NCBI GenBank assembly: GCA_028703495.1
Contig: JAQVMT010000002.1
Span: forward strand, 3,832 to 67,831
From: Clostridia bacterium
GTDB lineage: Bacteria; Bacillota; Clostridia; Christensenellales; CAG-314
Direction of reading: 5' to 3'
DNA: 64,000 bases
The translations under genes and the position numbers were made by a program. The stretch's first letter is position 1; each line of letters opens with the position of its first letter. The notes under the pieces are model-generated. The model was not told the origin of the DNA, did not search any database, and saw nothing but the letters and a program-made list of their open reading frames with translations. Below, in pieces: positions 29,423 to 38,672 of the stretch.

Positions 29423-30277
29423 ATGGCGATAATAGTTAAAGACCTATGTTATACTTATAATGAAAAGACGCCTTTTGCCACAAAAGCGTTGAAAAACGTA
29501 ACCGTTACGATCGATGAAGGCGAATTTGTTTGCGTAGTCGGACATACGGGTAGTGGAAAAAGCACGTTTATACAGCACCTTAACGGACTAATTCGGTTAC
29601 AGAGCGGACAACTGGCGGTGGATGGTATCGATCTTTGTGTCAAAAAGCCGGATTTTATGGCGTTGAGAGGAAAGATCGGTATGGTTTTCCAATATCCCGA
29701 GTATCAACTTTTTGCCGATACGGTATTTGAGGACGTGGCGTTCGGTCCGCGAAATATGGGATTGAAGGATGCCGAGGTAAAGAGCCGAGTTTTCCACGCA
29801 ATTGAAAGAGTGGGACTTAACTACGGTTTGTACGCGGAAAAGTCTCCTTTTGAGCTTAGCGGTGGTGAAAAGAGGCGAGTAGCAATTGCTGGTGTTATCG
29901 CTATGGAGCCACGAATATTGGTATTGGATGAGCCTACTGCGGGTTTGGATCCGCTGGGAAAAAACGAGATATTGAATTTAATCGAGGATATTCGCAAAAC
30001 TGTTGCGCCCACGGTGTTAATGGTAAACCACGATATGAACGAGGTTGCCGAACACGCGACGAAGGTAATGGTATTTTGCGACGGAGAGATGACAGAGTAT
30101 CTTCCGCCTAAGGATTTGTTCCGCAAAGCAGATTATCTTACAAGTATCGGATTGGATCTACCTACCATTACTAAATTTGCTTCCAAGCTTAAAGAAAGTG
30201 GCGTTGATATAGGCGATTGCTTGACCGTAGAGCAAGCCTACGACCGTATAATTAGGTTACACTTAAAAGACCGATGA
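29423..30277 (+). CDS. ecfA2: Energy-coupling factor transporter ATPase
   Basis: GHTGSGKST, LSGGEKRRVAIAG and VLDEPTAGLDP. Confidence 0.9.
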   Translation: MAIIVKDLCYTYNEKTPFATKALKNVTVTIDEGEFVCVVGHTGSGKSTFIQHLNGLIRLQSGQLAVDGIDLCVKKPDFMALRGKIGMVFQYPEYQLFADTVFEDVAFGPRNMGLKDAEVKSRVFHAIERVGLNYGLYAEKSPFELSGGEKRRVAIAGVIAMEPRILVLDEPTAGLDPLGKNEILNLIEDIRKTVAPTVLMVNHDMNEVAEHATKVMVFCDGEMTEYLPPKDLFRKADYLTSIGLDLPTITKFASKLKESGVDIGDCLTVEQAYDRIIRLHLKDR

Positions 30278-30359
30278 GCGGAGATAGATACGATTACACG
30301 ATTGGTAATTTATCTGCGAAATTAGTAAAGCGCATAAAATGCGCGTTGCAAAGGATATA

Positions 30360-31226
30360 ATGAAGGATATTGCATTCGGACAGTATTATCCGATAGATAG
30401 CTTTGTGCATCGTTTGGATGCGCGAACAAAGCTTCTGATTACTATTCTTTTTATGGTCAGCGTTTTCTTCGCGGACTCATTTTTCTTGTACTTATTTATT
30501 CTTCTTGCATTAGTGTTGATGGTCGCGTTTTCGAAGATTAGTTTTATTCGAATACTCGGTACGATGAAGCCGATTATTGTGCTTGCCATCATAACGACCG
30601 TGCTAAACTTTTTCTTGACAGAGGGAGAGGGAGAGCCTCTTTTCAAGTGGTGGATTTTTGAGCTTTATATCGAAGGAATCTTTGTAGGAGTTAAAATGCT
30701 TTTACGCTTGATTTTTTTGGTTATGGGTGCAAGTATTTTGACACTTACCACGACTCCCGTTGCTCTGACCGATGCAGTGGAGTGGCTATTTTATCCGCTG
30801 TCGTACCTCCGCGTTCCCGTAAGAGAATTGGCACTGATAATGAGCATCGCACTTAAATTTATCCCGAATCTTGTCGAGGAGGCACAAAGAATTATCAAAG
30901 CGCAAAAGGCTAGAGGCGCGAACTTCGAATCGGGCGGTTTGATAAAGCGAGCAAAAGCATTTATTCCGATTCTAATTCCTCTCCTTGTATCGTCTTTTCG
31001 ACGCGCGGATGAGCTTGCTTTGGCTATGGACGCAAGGTGCTACGGATACACAGCAAAAAGGACAAAAATGAAAAAGCTGACATTTAGGTCTCGTGACCTA
31101 TTGGCGGGCATAGTTATAACACTGATTTTTGGTTCCATGATTGCTTTAAGGTATTGCAGTGGAGTGATTATCAATGGAGAAACCCTTGCCGAGCTCTGTC
31201 CGTGGATATACTACGGAAGTATGTAG
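30360..31226 (+). CDS. ecfT: Energy-coupling factor transporter transmembrane component
   Basis: HRLDARTKL and the ARGA / ALAMDARCY motifs. Confidence 0.9.
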   Translation: MKDIAFGQYYPIDSFVHRLDARTKLLITILFMVSVFFADSFFLYLFILLALVLMVAFSKISFIRILGTMKPIIVLAIITTVLNFFLTEGEGEPLFKWWIFELYIEGIFVGVKMLLRLIFLVMGASILTLTTTPVALTDAVEWLFYPLSYLRVPVRELALIMSIALKFIPNLVEEAQRIIKAQKARGANFESGGLIKRAKAFIPILIPLLVSSFRRADELALAMDARCYGYTAKRTKMKKLTFRSRDLLAGIVITLIFGSMIALRYCSGVIINGETLAELCPWIYYGSM

Positions 31227-31380
31227 GCAGTCCTTGATTTAAATTGAATTTGAACGAATAATATGATTGTACAAGGGCAGATGCGTTTGCGTATGTACAG
31301 AATTATTGTTTGTCGAGATAATAAGTGAATAGTTTAACGACAAAAGTATGGAAACGAAGATAACTTCGTATAGGAAAAAG

Positions 31381-32136
31381 ATGAGAAACATCGCACTTTT
31401 AATTGAATACGACGGAGGTCATTTTTCGGGTTGGCAATCCCAGCGGGATGGAGTTATCACCATACAAACCGTCATTGAAAACGCCTTGAGCAAAATTGTA
31501 GGTCACTCGGTAAAGATTTACGGCAGCGGAAGGACAGACGTAGGCGTACACGCCTGCGGGCAGGTTGCCAATTTCTACACCGATAATCAGATACCTTGCT
31601 TTAAGCTTTGCTTGGGTGCCAATATACTGCTCGCTCCATATGTTTCTATCAGAAAAGCAGTGGACGTTCAAGACGATTTCAACGCAAGGCGATGTGCGGT
31701 TAAGAAGCTTTATAAATTCTGTATGTATTCCTCGCCCACGCCCAGTCCGCTAAAGAATCCCACTCATATGCAGGTTTACAAGCCTCTTGACGGAGCGGCT
31801 ATGCAAAAAGCCGCGAATTACATCGTCGGCAAGAAGGATTTTCGTTGTTTTATGGCAAGTGGAAGCGGAGTGGAAGATACCGTTCGAGAGGTCTACAGCC
31901 TGGAAATAACGCAAAATGGCGATGTTACGATATTGAATATCTGCGGTAATGCATTTCTGTATAATATGGTCAGGATAATTGCAGGCACACTCATTAACGT
32001 GGGTTTGCATAAAATCGAACCCGAATACATGAAAACGATTATCGAATCCAAAAACCGCAAGCTTTGCGGCAAGACTGCTTGGGCAAGGGGGTTAACGCTC
32101 GTTAAAGTGTTTTATGAGCCAGATATCTTCAACTGA
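31381..32136 (+). CDS. truA: tRNA pseudouridine(38-40) synthase
   Basis: MRNIALLIEYDGGHFSGWQSQ, GSGRTDVGVHA and NMVRIIAG. Confidence 0.9.
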   Translation: MRNIALLIEYDGGHFSGWQSQRDGVITIQTVIENALSKIVGHSVKIYGSGRTDVGVHACGQVANFYTDNQIPCFKLCLGANILLAPYVSIRKAVDVQDDFNARRCAVKKLYKFCMYSSPTPSPLKNPTHMQVYKPLDGAAMQKAANYIVGKKDFRCFMASGSGVEDTVREVYSLEITQNGDVTILNICGNAFLYNMVRIIAGTLINVGLHKIEPEYMKTIIESKNRKLCGKTAWARGLTLVKVFYEPDIFN

Positions 32137-32278
32137 TTGAAATCTTTATCCAAGGTTGTCTTTTGAGTTGTATTCACGGCACTCACGAATATTTTTTATT
32201 TTTCGTTTGATACTATTTATATATGGGTGTTATTAACTCTGTGGTATGACTCAAAAGCGAACAGACTGGGGAGAATAT

Positions 32279-32692
32279 ATGAAACGGAATAGATTGATAA
32301 TAATTGTAGTTTTATTGATTGTTGTAGCGTTATGCGGCAACATATCCGTTGTACTTGCCGACGGGAATCCCGTCGTACGTCAGGATCTAAGCAGCATGAT
32401 TATATCGGAAGGGCTTGCCGAAGATGCTGTTGTTATCGCCTATAAAGGCTATTTAGTTGCCGGGGTTTTTATAAAAGGACAGCTTCTGTCATCGGGACAA
32501 GCCAACGTTAAAACTATAATTGAGCAGTTAATTAAGCAAAACGAAAACGGCGGAAAAGTTCTAGTGTTGACGGGAGTGAAGGAGTTTTTTGCTCTCAAAA
32601 AAATCGAGAGCATGATAAACTCCGGTATGAGTGCAGAGGAAATAGAGGAGTTTATAAAACGCAATTTCGACTTTAAAAAGTACCTCGACTAA
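32279..32692 (+). CDS. Hypothetical secreted or membrane-anchored protein (weak YhcN/YlaJ-like flavour)
   Basis: Signal/anchor sequence LIIIVVLLIVVALCG. RBS GGGGAGA. No firm family assignment. Confidence 0.5.
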   Translation: MKRNRLIIIVVLLIVVALCGNISVVLADGNPVVRQDLSSMIISEGLAEDAVVIAYKGYLVAGVFIKGQLLSSGQANVKTIIEQLIKQNENGGKVLVLTGVKEFFALKKIESMINSGMSAEEIEEFIKRNFDFKKYLD

Positions 32693-33033
32693 ACCGAATG
32701 AACAAGCATAATATGAAAGATTCCACTAACAATCTGCGACATTCTTTTTAAAAAAAGGAGTGTTGTCTATCATTGTTGTATTTTGCTATTTAAATGTCTT
32801 GTGAAGCGGCTTTGCCGTATATATTTTGATAATCCTTCTCTCTTTTTAGTATTTTTAACCGAAAACGCCCGAGATTGGCGATGCAATGTAAGTAGCATGT
32901 AATTTTTTAGAATCTTATTCGTCAGAATATGTGTATTTTAAAGTAGATTTTATGTTAAGGTTTTAGAATCGAACTAACAAGAGACGAACGAAAGCGATAA
33001 TATTATTTATTATATTATTATTAATCAATTAGC

Positions 33034-33062
33034 TTGAAATTATCGATTAGTGCTGTTATAAT
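33034..33062 (+). promoter_or_regulatory. hpf promoter
   Basis: TTGAAA, 17 nt, TATAAT. Confidence 0.65.
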
Positions 33063-33123
33063 GAGAGTACAAGTTTGTTCTTGTTAATTATAAGCGGAAT
33101 ATTTCCGCAGTAGGAGGCTAAAA

Positions 33124-33666
33124 ATGAGATTGGATATTATTTGTAACAACTATAAATTGACCAACGGGCTTGAGTCGGTTATTCAAAAAAAGGTTGGAAA
33201 ACTGGATAAATACTTTCCCGATGACAGCGTTGTCGCCAAGATCGTGCTTATCCAGCAGAAGCAGAACTGCAAAATGGAGATATCCATCAATTACTTGGGC
33301 AATCAAATAAGAGCTGAAGCAAGAGCCGACACAATGTATTTTGCGATTGACGAAGTTTTGCCCAAGCTCGAGCGTCAGGTTTTGCGCCACAAAGACAAGA
33401 TCTATAACAAGAGAGAAATGCCGATCAATCTCGGCGAATATGAGTTTATCACGGGAATTCCCGAGGAAAAGGAAAGTGAATTCGATATTGTCAAGGTCAA
33501 AAGATTCCCCGTGGAAGCTATTGAAGTCAAGGAAGCGGCTGAAAACCTTGAACTTATCGATCACGACTTCTACGTTTTCCTAAACTCCGCAACTAATCAG
33601 ATTGAAGTGGTATACCGCAGATCCGATGGAAAAATCGGATTGTTACAGCCCTACATCGAGGATTGA
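33124..33666 (+). CDS. hpf: Ribosome hibernation-promoting factor, long form
   Basis: 180 aa with an N-terminal S30AE/RaiA domain (VIQKKVGKLDKYF) and a C-terminal dimerisation domain (FYVFLNSATNQIEVVYRRSDGKIGLL). Confidence 0.9.
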   Translation: MRLDIICNNYKLTNGLESVIQKKVGKLDKYFPDDSVVAKIVLIQQKQNCKMEISINYLGNQIRAEARADTMYFAIDEVLPKLERQVLRHKDKIYNKREMPINLGEYEFITGIPEEKESEFDIVKVKRFPVEAIEVKEAAENLELIDHDFYVFLNSATNQIEVVYRRSDGKIGLLQPYIED

Positions 33667-33743
33667 TAATTATTTATTAATGTTCCACGCGAATTGAGCG
33701 TTAAATTCTTTGTTCTTATACGATTTTCGATAAAATAAAAAGT

Positions 33744-33837
33744 GGGAGGCTCAGTGCTATAGCCCCAAAAAGTTGGACACAAATGTGAAAAACGTTTTGG
33801 AGGTGCATTTCATAGAGACCTCCCATTTTATTTATTT
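33744..33837 (+). terminator. Composite hpf terminator: outer stem GGGAGG/CCTCCC plus T-run, with a 56-nt repeat element in the loop
   Basis: GGGAGG at 33744-33749 pairs with CCTCCC at 33819-33824, followed by ATTTTATTTATTT. Confidence 0.5.
33756..33811 (+). repeat. 56-nt palindromic dispersed repeat, copy B
   Basis: GCTATAGCCCCAAAAAGTTGGACACAAATGTGAAAAACGTTTTGGAGGTGCATTTC. About 80% identical to the reverse complement of 9671-9726. Confidence 0.8.
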
Positions 33838-33944
33838 ATATTTGATATTAGTCCAAGCTGAAAATACTATATCTTTTTACTTTGTCCAAGAAAAAATGAA
33901 CATAAAAAAATATGAAAAAAATTTGATTTAGTGCTTCAAAACAG

Positions 33945-33973
33945 TTGACATTATTTTTTTAAGTGTTTATAAT
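33945..33973 (+). promoter_or_regulatory. Consensus sigma-A promoter of hsp20
   Basis: TTGACA, exactly 17 nt, TATAAT. Confidence 0.8.
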
Positions 33974-33977
33974 GGCA

Positions 33978-34004
33978 TTAGCAATCAGGAGATGAGATTG
34001 CTAA
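33978..34004 (+). promoter_or_regulatory. CIRCE-like inverted repeat (putative HrcA operator)
   Basis: TTAGCAATC-N9-GATTGCTAA against the CIRCE consensus TTAGCACTC-N9-GAGTGCTAA. It is a perfect 9-bp inverted repeat starting 5 nt after the -10 box. Confidence 0.6.
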
Positions 34005-34083
34005 CACGGCACAAGCAAGTGTGCTAACAATCAAATTGAAAGCTTGCTAATATTAAATGGCAATAAGCCACAGGAGGAATACT

Positions 34084-34512
34084 ATGAACTGTAAATATTA
34101 TCCTATTGTAAGGAAAAACGATATGACTGATTTATTTGATTTTGATGACTTCTTCAAGCCCTTTGTGATGGATCGCAAGACTGCGCCATTTATAAGAACG
34201 GACATAAGCGAGAAAGACAAGTCATATTTACTAGAAATGGATATGCCCGGATTTTCGAAAGACGAGATAACCTTGGGATTTGACAACGGTTATTTGACAG
34301 TAACCGCTGCAAAGCAAGAGAAAATCGACGAAAAGGAGAAGGGCAGGTACATTAGGCGTGAAAGAGTATACGGAAGCACCAGCAGGAGCTTTTACATCGG
34401 TGATGTAGACGAAAGCAGTATCGAAGCAGAATTCAAGGACGGAACCTTGGTTATCGAAATACCCAAGGAAGAGCCTAAGAAGATTGAAAACAAGACTATT
34501 GCAATCAAATAA
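34084..34512 (+). CDS. Small heat-shock protein (Hsp20 / alpha-crystallin family)
   Basis: Alpha-crystallin domain YLLEMDMPGFSKDEITL ... GTLVIEIPK. ATG follows CAGGAGG. Confidence 0.9.
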   Translation: MNCKYYPIVRKNDMTDLFDFDDFFKPFVMDRKTAPFIRTDISEKDKSYLLEMDMPGFSKDEITLGFDNGYLTVTAAKQEKIDEKEKGRYIRRERVYGSTSRSFYIGDVDESSIEAEFKDGTLVIEIPKEEPKKIENKTIAIK

Positions 34513-34906
34513 CGAAAGAAGCATCATTTCGGGGAATAATCTCCCGATTTGAATTCGATTAGCGTCTGCCATTGATAAATAAGCTGACGATAGGTTTTTG
34601 ACACTTCGTACTCGATTTCGAATGGCAATTATGCGAAAAATAATTAATCGAAGAAAGAGGCATTTGCATAGAGCACTTGCCTCTTTCTGCATGTAGGAAG
34701 CCGATTTGCCTTAGCATATAGCGTGAAATGATTTATGGGTAATCAATGTTCTTGCGCCACTTTGGATTTTGCGCAATTCAATACTATGAGAGTATATGTG
34801 TTTATTCAATCTGCATTTTAAAATGTATCGGTCTGTTCAAATATACCTTATGCTAATCCACTTCTACTTTCAACCTTTTCATCGGTATCTTTTTGGTCTA
34901 AAGTTC

Positions 34907-34978
34907 CCAAAAATGCTCGTACGTAGCTTATGCTACGCCCTGCGCTTTTTGAAAACTCTATCCTCAAAAATCCACTCG
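34907..34978 (+). repeat. ~70-nt dispersed repeat, copy X
   Basis: ...AAAAATGCTCGTACGTAGCTTATGCTACGCCCTGCGCTTTTTGAAAACTC...CACTCG. About 75% identical to 56394-56464 in the same orientation. Confidence 0.7.
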
Positions 34979-35053
34979 CCAAAATGCTGAAATTAGGCGT
35001 TACTTAGTACATATTTGATTTGCAAAAAACCCTATTTGTGGTATACTGTATGT

Positions 35054-36067
35054 ATGGAAACTAAGATGCTTGCCGTATGTGCAGAGAGTTGTAAGCTTGC
35101 GGCTGAATTGATTAAAAAAGGGGAAATTGTTGCCTTTCCGACTGAGACGGTTTATGGTTTGGGTGCAAATGCCTACGATACCGATGCTGTTGCAAAGATA
35201 TTTGTTGCAAAGAACCGTCCGCATGACAATCCGCTTATTGTCCACGTTGCCACAACCGAGCAGGTTGCGGAGTTTGCCTACGTTAACGAGTTTGCCAGAA
35301 AAACCATGGAGACATTTTTGCCGGGAAGTCTGACTGTTGTGTTACCGAAAAAGTCGACGATTCCTTCGGCTGTGACGGCGGGATTCGAGACGGTCGCGGT
35401 TCGGATTCCTTTATCAAAGGAAGCGCGGATGTTCTTGTCCGAATGCAGCGTTCCTGTGTGTGCTCCGAGTGCGAATACCAGCACTCGCCCCAGTCCAACT
35501 AGGGCAAAGGATGTATTCGAGGATTTACAGGGTAAGATACCGCTTATACTATGTGGAAAGGACTGCGATGTCGGGATTGAGTCAACGGTTTTGGACCTAA
35601 CGAGTGATACTCCTACAATACTCCGACCGGGTGTTGTAACCAAATCCGTTTTGGAAAGGGGTTTGGGAATTTCAGTGCGCGATTTTTCCGCGGAGAATAA
35701 GAAGGTCAATTCGCCCGGACTTCGATACAAGCACTATGCTCCGTCGGTTCCCGTGCTATTAAACACGAATGGCGACGTTGTTAAGGTTGTGGAAAAGATC
35801 GATGAGCTGCACAAAAGTTATGACAAGATTGCGCTCTTTGCAGATTCCGATGTCTGCGATCGGGTTATGCACAAGATAAACGGGCAGGAACTGCTTATTG
35901 AGGTCTTACCGCCGACTGCGGAGGGCGTTGCAGAGCGTATCTTTGCTCTTTTTAGAGATTATGAGAAGAGATGTCAAGCCATCGTCATGGTTTTTGAGGA
36001 TAAAAGCGAGTTTGGGCGAAGCGTTCTCAATAGGTTAATGAAAAGCTGTGGTTCTCACACTTTCTAG
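35054..36067 (+). CDS. tsaC: L-threonylcarbamoyladenylate synthase, Sua5-type (TsaC domain plus Sua5 C-terminal domain)
   Basis: FPTETVYGLGANA, KNRPHDNPLIVH and SANTSTRPSPT. Confidence 0.85.
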   Translation: METKMLAVCAESCKLAAELIKKGEIVAFPTETVYGLGANAYDTDAVAKIFVAKNRPHDNPLIVHVATTEQVAEFAYVNEFARKTMETFLPGSLTVVLPKKSTIPSAVTAGFETVAVRIPLSKEARMFLSECSVPVCAPSANTSTRPSPTRAKDVFEDLQGKIPLILCGKDCDVGIESTVLDLTSDTPTILRPGVVTKSVLERGLGISVRDFSAENKKVNSPGLRYKHYAPSVPVLLNTNGDVVKVVEKIDELHKSYDKIALFADSDVCDRVMHKINGQELLIEVLPPTAEGVAERIFALFRDYEKRCQAIVMVFEDKSEFGRSVLNRLMKSCGSHTF

Positions 36068-36197
36068 GTAAGGAAGCGTAATATGTATGCAAGCACGTTT
36101 TGCTTGATGTGCGACCCGAGTGGTCGGTGCATTGAAATTAGTATGATGGTACACGTACTTCGGATTATTTGAATTATGTTAGAGAGGAATTGAAGAT

Positions 36198-36629
36198 ATG
36201 AAAATTGCTTTCGGTTGTGACCACGGTGGTTACGAATTAAAAAAAGAGTTGATAAAATATCTCGGCGAGAGATATGAGACAGTGGATTGCGGCACGTTTT
36301 CCAAGGAAAGGTGCGACTATCCCGACTATGCAGAGGCTGTTTGCAGATGTATTAATACTGGCGAAGCCGATATCGGAGTGCTTGTATGCAAAACGGGAAT
36401 GGGAATGTGTATGTGCGCGAATAAAATGGAAGGTATTCGTTGCGCTTTAGTTAAGAGCGACTATTTGGTTACCATGGCAAGGAAGCACAACAATGCGAAT
36501 GTTATTGCATTGGGACAGGGCGACACCTCCGAAGAAGACGCAAGGCGTTACTGTGATTTGTTTATTTCGACCGAGTTTGAAGGTGGCAGGCACGAGAACA
36601 GGGTGCGCAAAATGATGAGCTTGAAGTAA
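36198..36629 (+). CDS. rpiB: Ribose-5-phosphate isomerase B
   Basis: MKIAFGCDHGGYELK and VCKTGMGMCM. Confidence 0.9.
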   Translation: MKIAFGCDHGGYELKKELIKYLGERYETVDCGTFSKERCDYPDYAEAVCRCINTGEADIGVLVCKTGMGMCMCANKMEGIRCALVKSDYLVTMARKHNNANVIALGQGDTSEEDARRYCDLFISTEFEGGRHENRVRKMMSLK

Positions 36630-36764
36630 GCGAAGCTCATAACGCACGGCAACGCCGATGGAAACGCGCATAGTGCGACCTAAATGAGTAGCTTGAAGTA
36701 AGCGAAGCTCCTAACGCACGGCAACGCCGACGGATACGCACATTGTGCGACCTGAATGAGGAGC
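36610..36764. repeat. 72-bp tandem repeat (2.2 copies) starting in the last codons of rpiB and including its stop codon
   Basis: Units start at 36610 and 36682. Unit 1 begins AAATGATGAGCTTGAAGTAAGCGAAGCTCATAACGCACGG and unit 2 begins AAATGAGTAGCTTGAAGTAAGCGAAGCTCCTAACGCACGG. A partial third unit starts at 36754. Confidence 0.9.
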
Positions 36765-36896
36765 GGTGCATACAGTATATCATTTTAAGGTGAAAGTTCG
36801 TGTCGTTGCAAAGCCGAACGAAAAGCTAAAGCCGTCCAAAAGAGTAGCCTGGTGTAAAAAATCGGAGAGAACAAGGAAAATCGCGGAGATATTTAT

Positions 36897-38672
36897 ATGG
36901 GATTTACAGAGCAAGAAAAGAGGGATATGATCGTATATCAGATCTATCCGAGGAGCTTTCTAGATACAAACGGAGATGGCGTTGGAGATATAAGAGGGAT
37001 TATCGAAAAGATTCCTTATATTAAGAGCTTGGGCGTAAACGCTGTATGGTTGTCGCCTATCTACCAATCCCCCAATGCCGATTACGGATATGACATCAGC
37101 GATTATTTAAGCATAAATCCCGAGTACGGCTATATGGCTGATTTTGACGAGATGTTGCAAATCATGCATGCCAACGGTATTAAGCTTATTATGGATTTGG
37201 TGCTTAATCATACTTCTGATAAGCATCGATGGTTCGAACAGTGCAAAACAAATTCCGATTATCGTAATTATTATTTCTGGAAGGATGGTAAGGGCAATAA
37301 TCCGCCAAATAATTGGAGTTCTTTCTTCACGGGAAGCGCGTGGGAGTACGACAAGAGTCTAGACAGTTGGTATTTGCACCTATTTGACAAGGGACAGCCC
37401 GATTTAAATTATGGTAACCCTCGGGTAGTAGACGAGATCGAAAAGATAATGACTTTCTGGTTAGAAAAGGGTGTGGACGGATTTCGTTGCGATGTAATTA
37501 CTATTATTTCCAAGAAAGAGGGACTTCCCGACGGGCGCAAAAGGTTAGCTCTGACCGGACGGGAGCATTATTTGGATTATGAGGATGTTTTTCCGTTGTT
37601 GAAAAAGTTTAAGAAAGACGTTTTCGATAAATACGATGCGTTTACCGTCGGAGAAAGTGTGTTTATTACACCGAAAACGGCACTTAAGTATATCGGCGAG
37701 GACAAGTCGCTTGACTGCGTGTTCGCCTTCGACCATATGGGCGCGGACAACAGAATGGGCGTTAAGCAGTTAGTCTGCAAATTCGACCTTCGTAAGCTCA
37801 AAAAAGCCATTTCAAGGTGGCAAACTTCGTTGTACGGAAAGGCTTTGAATACCATATACTTTGAAAATCACGACCAACCGCGCATTGTGGGCAGATACTG
37901 TTCGGATAAGCTTTATGTCGAGAAGGGTGCAAAGATGATTGCCGTATTGGAGTTTTCTCTTACCGGAATACCTTTTTTGTATCAAGGACAGGAATTGGGA
38001 TCGACGAGTGCAAGAATGAGTAACCTTGAAGATTACCGCGATGTCGAAAGCAAGCGAATGTATGAGCTTTTGCGTAATAAGCTGCATATGTCGCACAAAA
38101 AAGCTATGTCGAGGATTGCATATTCGTCGAGGGACAACGCGCGAACGCCGATGCAATGGAATTACACTAAGAATGCGGGGTTTAGCACCGCCGATGAAAC
38201 GTGGCTTGCCGTCAATCCAAACTATTCGGATATAAACGTTGAGAGGCAGGAGAATCTTAGGGACAGCGTTCTTCGGTTTTACAGAGATATGATTGCATTG
38301 AGGAAGCAGACTGCCGCACTTTCCTGTGGAAAATATGAAGAGCTGTTTTCGGGCAGTAAGGAGCTTTTCGCATTTACAAAGAGTTTGGATGATCAGCTTT
38401 TGCTGGTTATGTGCAATTTTTCTGCGGGAGTAACCAAGGTTAGCCTTCCGAGTAGGTTTGATGGAAAGCTTAGGACGCCGCTTATCGGGAATTATCCGAA
38501 CATAACCTGTGGATCCGCTGCATTTTGCCTAAGACCGTACGAAGCTGTGGTATTTAGAATCGAGGAGATGCCCGAAAGTAAGCGCAAATCTAATGACGAG
38601 ATTGTAAAAATCCTTCTTGCGGAGAAAAAGAAGGCGGAAAAAGTAAGAAGAAAAGACAAGGAGAACAGATGA
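36897..38672 (+). CDS. GH13 alpha-glucosidase (oligo-1,6-glucosidase / trehalose-6-phosphate hydrolase-like) with a lysine-rich C-terminal tail
   Basis: YQIYPRSFLDTNGDGVGDIRGI, DLVLNHTS, GFRCDVI and FENHDQPR. Confidence 0.85.
   Translation: MGFTEQEKRDMIVYQIYPRSFLDTNGDGVGDIRGIIEKIPYIKSLGVNAVWLSPIYQSPNADYGYDISDYLSINPEYGYMADFDEMLQIMHANGIKLIMDLVLNHTSDKHRWFEQCKTNSDYRNYYFWKDGKGNNPPNNWSSFFTGSAWEYDKSLDSWYLHLFDKGQPDLNYGNPRVVDEIEKIMTFWLEKGVDGFRCDVITIISKKEGLPDGRKRLALTGREHYLDYEDVFPLLKKFKKDVFDKYDAFTVGESVFITPKTALKYIGEDKSLDCVFAFDHMGADNRMGVKQLVCKFDLRKLKKAISRWQTSLYGKALNTIYFENHDQPRIVGRYCSDKLYVEKGAKMIAVLEFSLTGIPFLYQGQELGSTSARMSNLEDYRDVESKRMYELLRNKLHMSHKKAMSRIAYSSRDNARTPMQWNYTKNAGFSTADETWLAVNPNYSDINVERQENLRDSVLRFYRDMIALRKQTAALSCGKYEELFSGSKELFAFTKSLDDQLLLVMCNFSAGVTKVSLPSRFDGKLRTPLIGNYPNITCGSAAFCLRPYEAVVFRIEEMPESKRKSNDEIVKILLAEKKKAEKVRRKDKENR

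Noticed and set aside
32693-33123. raiA-motif ncRNA or another riboswitch upstream of hpf. I also looked for purine or 2'-dG riboswitches upstream of the nucleoside transporter (17480-17885) and a T-box or riboswitch at 43431-43717.
   Set aside because: These regions are AT-rich, with only a promoter and short hairpins. I could not recognise any conserved core of these RNA families, though a cmscan would be needed to be certain.
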